This document shows positions 60,174 through 64,000 of a DNA stretch of 64,000 bases, in pieces (the stretch's first letter is position 1; every line of letters begins with the position of its first letter). The position numbers were made by a program, and so were the translations under genes. Location of the stretch: contig OZ193909.1 of assembly GCA_964276515.1 (NCBI GenBank), forward strand, positions 17,298,001-17,362,000, written 5' to 3'. Below the pieces are notes generated by a model. That model searched no databases. It saw nothing but the letters and a program-made list of their open reading frames with translations, and was not told the origin of the DNA. This DNA comes from Gordius albopunctatus. Lineage: Eukaryota.

Positions 60174-63100
60174 AAAACATTGCCTGTTACCCAGAATGCA
60201 GATATAAAATCTCAAGATGTGTCAATTATCAAAAATAATGGTACCTTCAAGCATAAGGTATATTTAGTAAAAATTCTTTTATTTAAGAGTTATAATTACG
60301 ATATAAAATGCTACAGATTTTATTTAACTATTAATAATCTTTTATATATTTTAATACAAATGAAAAGGGTGATGATGTTAGCAAACAATTAATGAACAGA
60401 ACTCATACAGATCTAGATTTAATCAACTTTACATCACAAAATAAATCAGCTAGAGGTAATTTGTGGAATCTAAAAATCTCATGTTGGAACGTTGATGGAT
60501 TGAGGGCATGTGTTAAGGTATTCATATAAATAAATTGCCTTAATTTTTAATTCATTTTTTTAATATATATGATAATTGATTGTTTGACGTTTTTTATCTA
60601 AGTCAGGATCAGTTATGCTTAACCATTTATCAGCTAATGTTATTTAAATCACTATGCCTTGTTATGCTAGTTAATTTTATAGAATACTATTGTTTACTAA
60701 GTGATTCAAAATGTCTATTCTTTAGAAAAATGGTCTAGATTACATTGGCAAAGAATTACCAGACATTATTTGCCTCCAGGAAATTAAATCAGAATCTCAT
60801 AAAATACCTACAATTCCCAACCTTGACCACTACAAACTTTTTTGGTCTTCTGCAAAAAAGCCTGGATATTCAGGCACTGGTGTATTTTGTCGTGGGAAGC
60901 CTATTGATGTTAAAATGGGAATAAGTAATAAAATTATTCCCCTCATTTATTTATGCTAAAAAATAAAAAATCATATTTATACTTAAAAATCACAAACTCA
61001 CCTTATAAACCAACATAGGGGTAGCCAAGGGGGGGGGGGGGCGCCGCCCCCCTCTAAATCCAAAAATTTGTTGAAATTTATTAATATTATGGCTAAAATT
61101 TTAAAAAATTATCATTTTACCCCTCCATAAATCATTATTGCCCCCCCCTCTAATTTGAATGCTGGATCTGCCCATCTCAACCAATATCTCCAGAAATAGC
61201 TAACTTAATTAATTTAATAAACTCTGTTTCTTATATAATTTTTTTATAAAATGCAAAAAGAGACATAATCCGATCATACAATTTTAATTTCAACCCTTAT
61301 CCGATTTGAAGTTATTGTCAAAATCGTGAGTCTAAAACGGATGGGGTTTCGAGTGACCCCTTTAAAGAACGCGATATTTTTTTAATTTATGAAACTCGTT
61401 TTTAGTTACAAGTACAAGTTGTCCTGTAATGTTATAAATAATTTGTCAATGGAATAAAATGAAATAATCGGTAAATACCTTTTTCTTTTTAATCCTATTG
61501 AAAATTGTTACTACCTTAGGTTTTTTAACTTAAACAAACAATTTTATTTTAACTTATGAAAATTAGACTATTTAAAAAGACTCAAATTTGAAAAACATAA
61601 TTAGCTAACATACTCGGAAATTTTTTCATTATTATAAAATTGTAAATAACGTTGTCAATTGTCTTTGTTGATTAGTAAAATTATAACCTTACAGAAATGA
61701 TAAAAGTCTGTTTTATTTCTTTTCTTACATGCCCGGGATGAGACGGATCCATGAGGGTAGCCAGCATTGGAATCAGAGGGCAGGCAATAATGATTTAGGG
61801 AGGGCAAAATGATAATTTTAGCCATAATTTTTGGATTTAGATGGGGGTATCCGCCGCCCCCCGGCTTACCCATGGACGGATCATTTATATTCATTGGCAT
61901 AAATTTATATTTAGACATGGATGAGCATGATCAAGAGGGCAGAGTCATAACTGCGGAATATCCACACTTTTTCCTAGTCAACGTCTGTACGTATTTTTCA
62001 ATAAACACCACGTTTTTTATAATTCTCGCTTACCTTCGCCCTATAACTTTTTTTCTATTTAATTCGAAAAATGCATCGACAATTTAATTTTACTCATAAA
62101 TGCGATTTCCTTTTTTGATTATTCTGTCGTTTACATAATCTTTTTTGAAAAATTTAGGATTTGCAATTGAAATTGTGGCAAAAATTGAATTAATTTTCCA
62201 TTACCTTTAATTATTATTACATCTAAATTGAATTTTAGATGTGCCGAATGCGGGAAACAAGTTAGTCAGACTGGATTACAGGCTAGAATGGGACAAGGCA
62301 TTTCGTAATTACCTCGTAAATTTGGACTCTAAAAAACCGGTTATCGCTTGTGGTGATTTTAACGTAGCCCACGAAGAAATTGGTATGAAATCTTGGCTAA
62401 AATTGCAATTTTTATATTAGATTCTCAAAAATATTTATTTTGTTGGCCAATTCAGACCTCAAAAATCCTAAAACCAATCGCAAGAGCGCAGGTTTTACCC
62501 AAGAAGAGAGAGATAGTTTTACGGAACTTTTAAAATCGGGGTTTACTGACACCTTTAGACATTTTTACCCCGACTTAAAGGATCAATACACCTACTGGAG
62601 CTATAAATTCAACGCCCGATTCAAAAATATTGGATGGTAATTTGTCAGATATACGTTTTTGTTGTTGTTGGAATTATTGTTTTGATTTGATAAAAATTTA
62701 ACCGATTAATTGCTTACACTATTTAGATGTGATTATTTTGAAAATTTTAGAGCGTTTTTGTGGCTTTAAAATTGAGTTGGTAAACTAAAGTGTATTGATA
62801 AGAAGGATGTCTAAATGAATTTTTTAAGTATGACTATAAGGTTAAAATCACATTTACTCTAATGGCAACCCCAATATTCATAAACTCTGCGATTTGAAAT
62901 GATATCCTAGAATCCAATGGAAATAATGAATCTAAATTATTTTGAGTCATTTTATTAATAAATCGTTTGTTTTCGATAGGCGACTGGACTATTTCCTAGT
63001 ATCAAATCGTCTGCTTCCCCACGTTTGTGATAACGTTATTCGCAAAGAAATATATGGTAGTGACCATTGCCCTATAACCCTCTTCTTAGATATGGACTAA
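60174..63100 (+). CDS. APEX1: AP endonuclease 1 (ExoIII family); first exon and start codon unresolved
   Basis: Exons 60174-60257 (tentative), 60368-60517, 60726-60924, 61915-61986, 62239-62382, 62456-62636, 62980-63100: [100 protein letters not shown]. Confidence 0.95.
61014..61176. mobile_element. CATGGGCGTAGCC-family MITE
   Basis: cataggggtagcc ... ggatctgcccatc; flanks taaaccaa / tcaaccaa. Confidence 0.65.
61750..61874. mobile_element. CATGGGCGTAGCC-family MITE
   Basis: catgagggtagcc ... ggcttacccatg; perfect 8-bp TSD gacggatc. Confidence 0.85.
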
Positions 63101-63363
63101 AGTTTTATTTTATCAATTTCTTTGTAATATATGTTACTATTTTGATCATTTTGTATCTTATATTATTGAAATTTATCTGTTTTTTCTATTAAAATGTGAT
63201 GATAATGTTTTAAATCAATTGTTCCCTGTTGGATGGAACTTTTCAAAAAATTATAACATGAATCCCCTTTAAAGCTGTTTTATTAATATTCATGCGCATG
63301 TATTTTTCCAAAACAATTAAAATCGTCGTTACAAATTAGGCTTACACATGGAGATGAAACAGT

Positions 63364-63814
63364 TCAAGGGCGAGCGTGCTTATAAGCGTTTAACAATAAA
63401 TTTCTTAGGTAAGGCGATAATTCCAAAAAATTTGACGACGTTTGAAAGCAATAATTAAGTTGAGGCGCCGTCATGGTATGAAATTTAATGAATCTCATCA
63501 CTTTTTCGATGTGAAATAAGCGACGGGGGAAATCGTTTTTGATCCAGGCTAAAGCCAAATCGAATAGCTTAATTTCATCTCTGTCCGGCATAAAATAGTC
63601 TTGACCCAAAAATTGGCATACCTCTTGCACTTCTCTGTCCACCAAAAATGCATTATCTCGTGGCTGACCACGATGCTGGTATCTATTCTTAAAAGAGTCC
63701 TCAGGTTCGGTACCAAAATGTGCCTTACCTTTGAGTTGCGGTTTTATGTCTGCCAATTTAAGCTTGGACAAATGTATTACGGGGGCCGTGTGCCTATACC
63801 TCTCCTCTTCAGCA
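63364..63814 (-). CDS. Probable last exon of a BTB/BACK-domain (kelch-like family) gene extending beyond the window
   Basis: Acceptor ttacag at 63820-63815; BACK-like signature EVCQFLGQD...DEIKLFDLALAWIKNDFPRRLFHIEKVMRFIKFHTM. Confidence 0.75.
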
Positions 63815-64000
63815 CTGTAACGTGTATTTTATACGATATATAAGTTTGGTTATAATATTGGGATAGTTTTATACACTCGCTCTCCCCTCTAAATTCAAAA
63901 AATCCTTCAAATTTAATATAATTATGGCTTGAATTTCAAAATATTATCATCCTACCCCTCCCTAAATCATTGTTGGCCCCCTCTGGTCCCAATCCTGGCT

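Noticed and set aside
54441..63100. RT next to AP endonuclease as a single retron-like or novel functional system
   Set aside because: APEX1 is an ordinary intron-containing host gene on the opposite strand, and the RT belongs to a CRE element with its own nuclease and poly(A) tail.

Overview
AT-rich eukaryotic (invertebrate animal-like) genomic DNA, not prokaryotic. There is no CRISPR array, rRNA gene or complete tRNA gene. Host genes, parsed by hand from splice sites and protein motifs: mitochondrial-type thioredoxin (+), mitochondrial glutamyl-tRNA synthetase EARS2 (-, 9 exons), an intronless orphan class-A GPCR (+), NAT10 (+, 23 exons, one probable GC-AG intron), RpL36 (+), APEX1 (+) and a BTB/BACK-gene exon (-). 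Introns fall into two classes: 31-46 nt micro-introns, and introns swollen by nested transposons. Mobile DNA includes RTE LINEs (one full-length with TSD, nested in an older RTE), a Ty3/gypsy (Mag-like) LTR element, a CRE-clade non-LTR element, hAT-, piggyBac- and pogo-type MITEs, foldback elements, a Helitron beside a ~620 bp (TACA)n tract, and Helentron/HINE-like elements carrying tRNA T-arm/B-box motifs. I cannot demonstrate a new biological system from the sequence alone. The best leads are (1) a folded RNA domain in the intact RTE 5' UTR, (2) a CpG-depleted zone limited to the early exons of housekeeping genes, (3) a cryptic micro-intron gene whose last exon may have been split by an RTE just upstream of EARS2, and (4) the tRNA-motif-bearing HINE family that repeatedly lands in other transposons.
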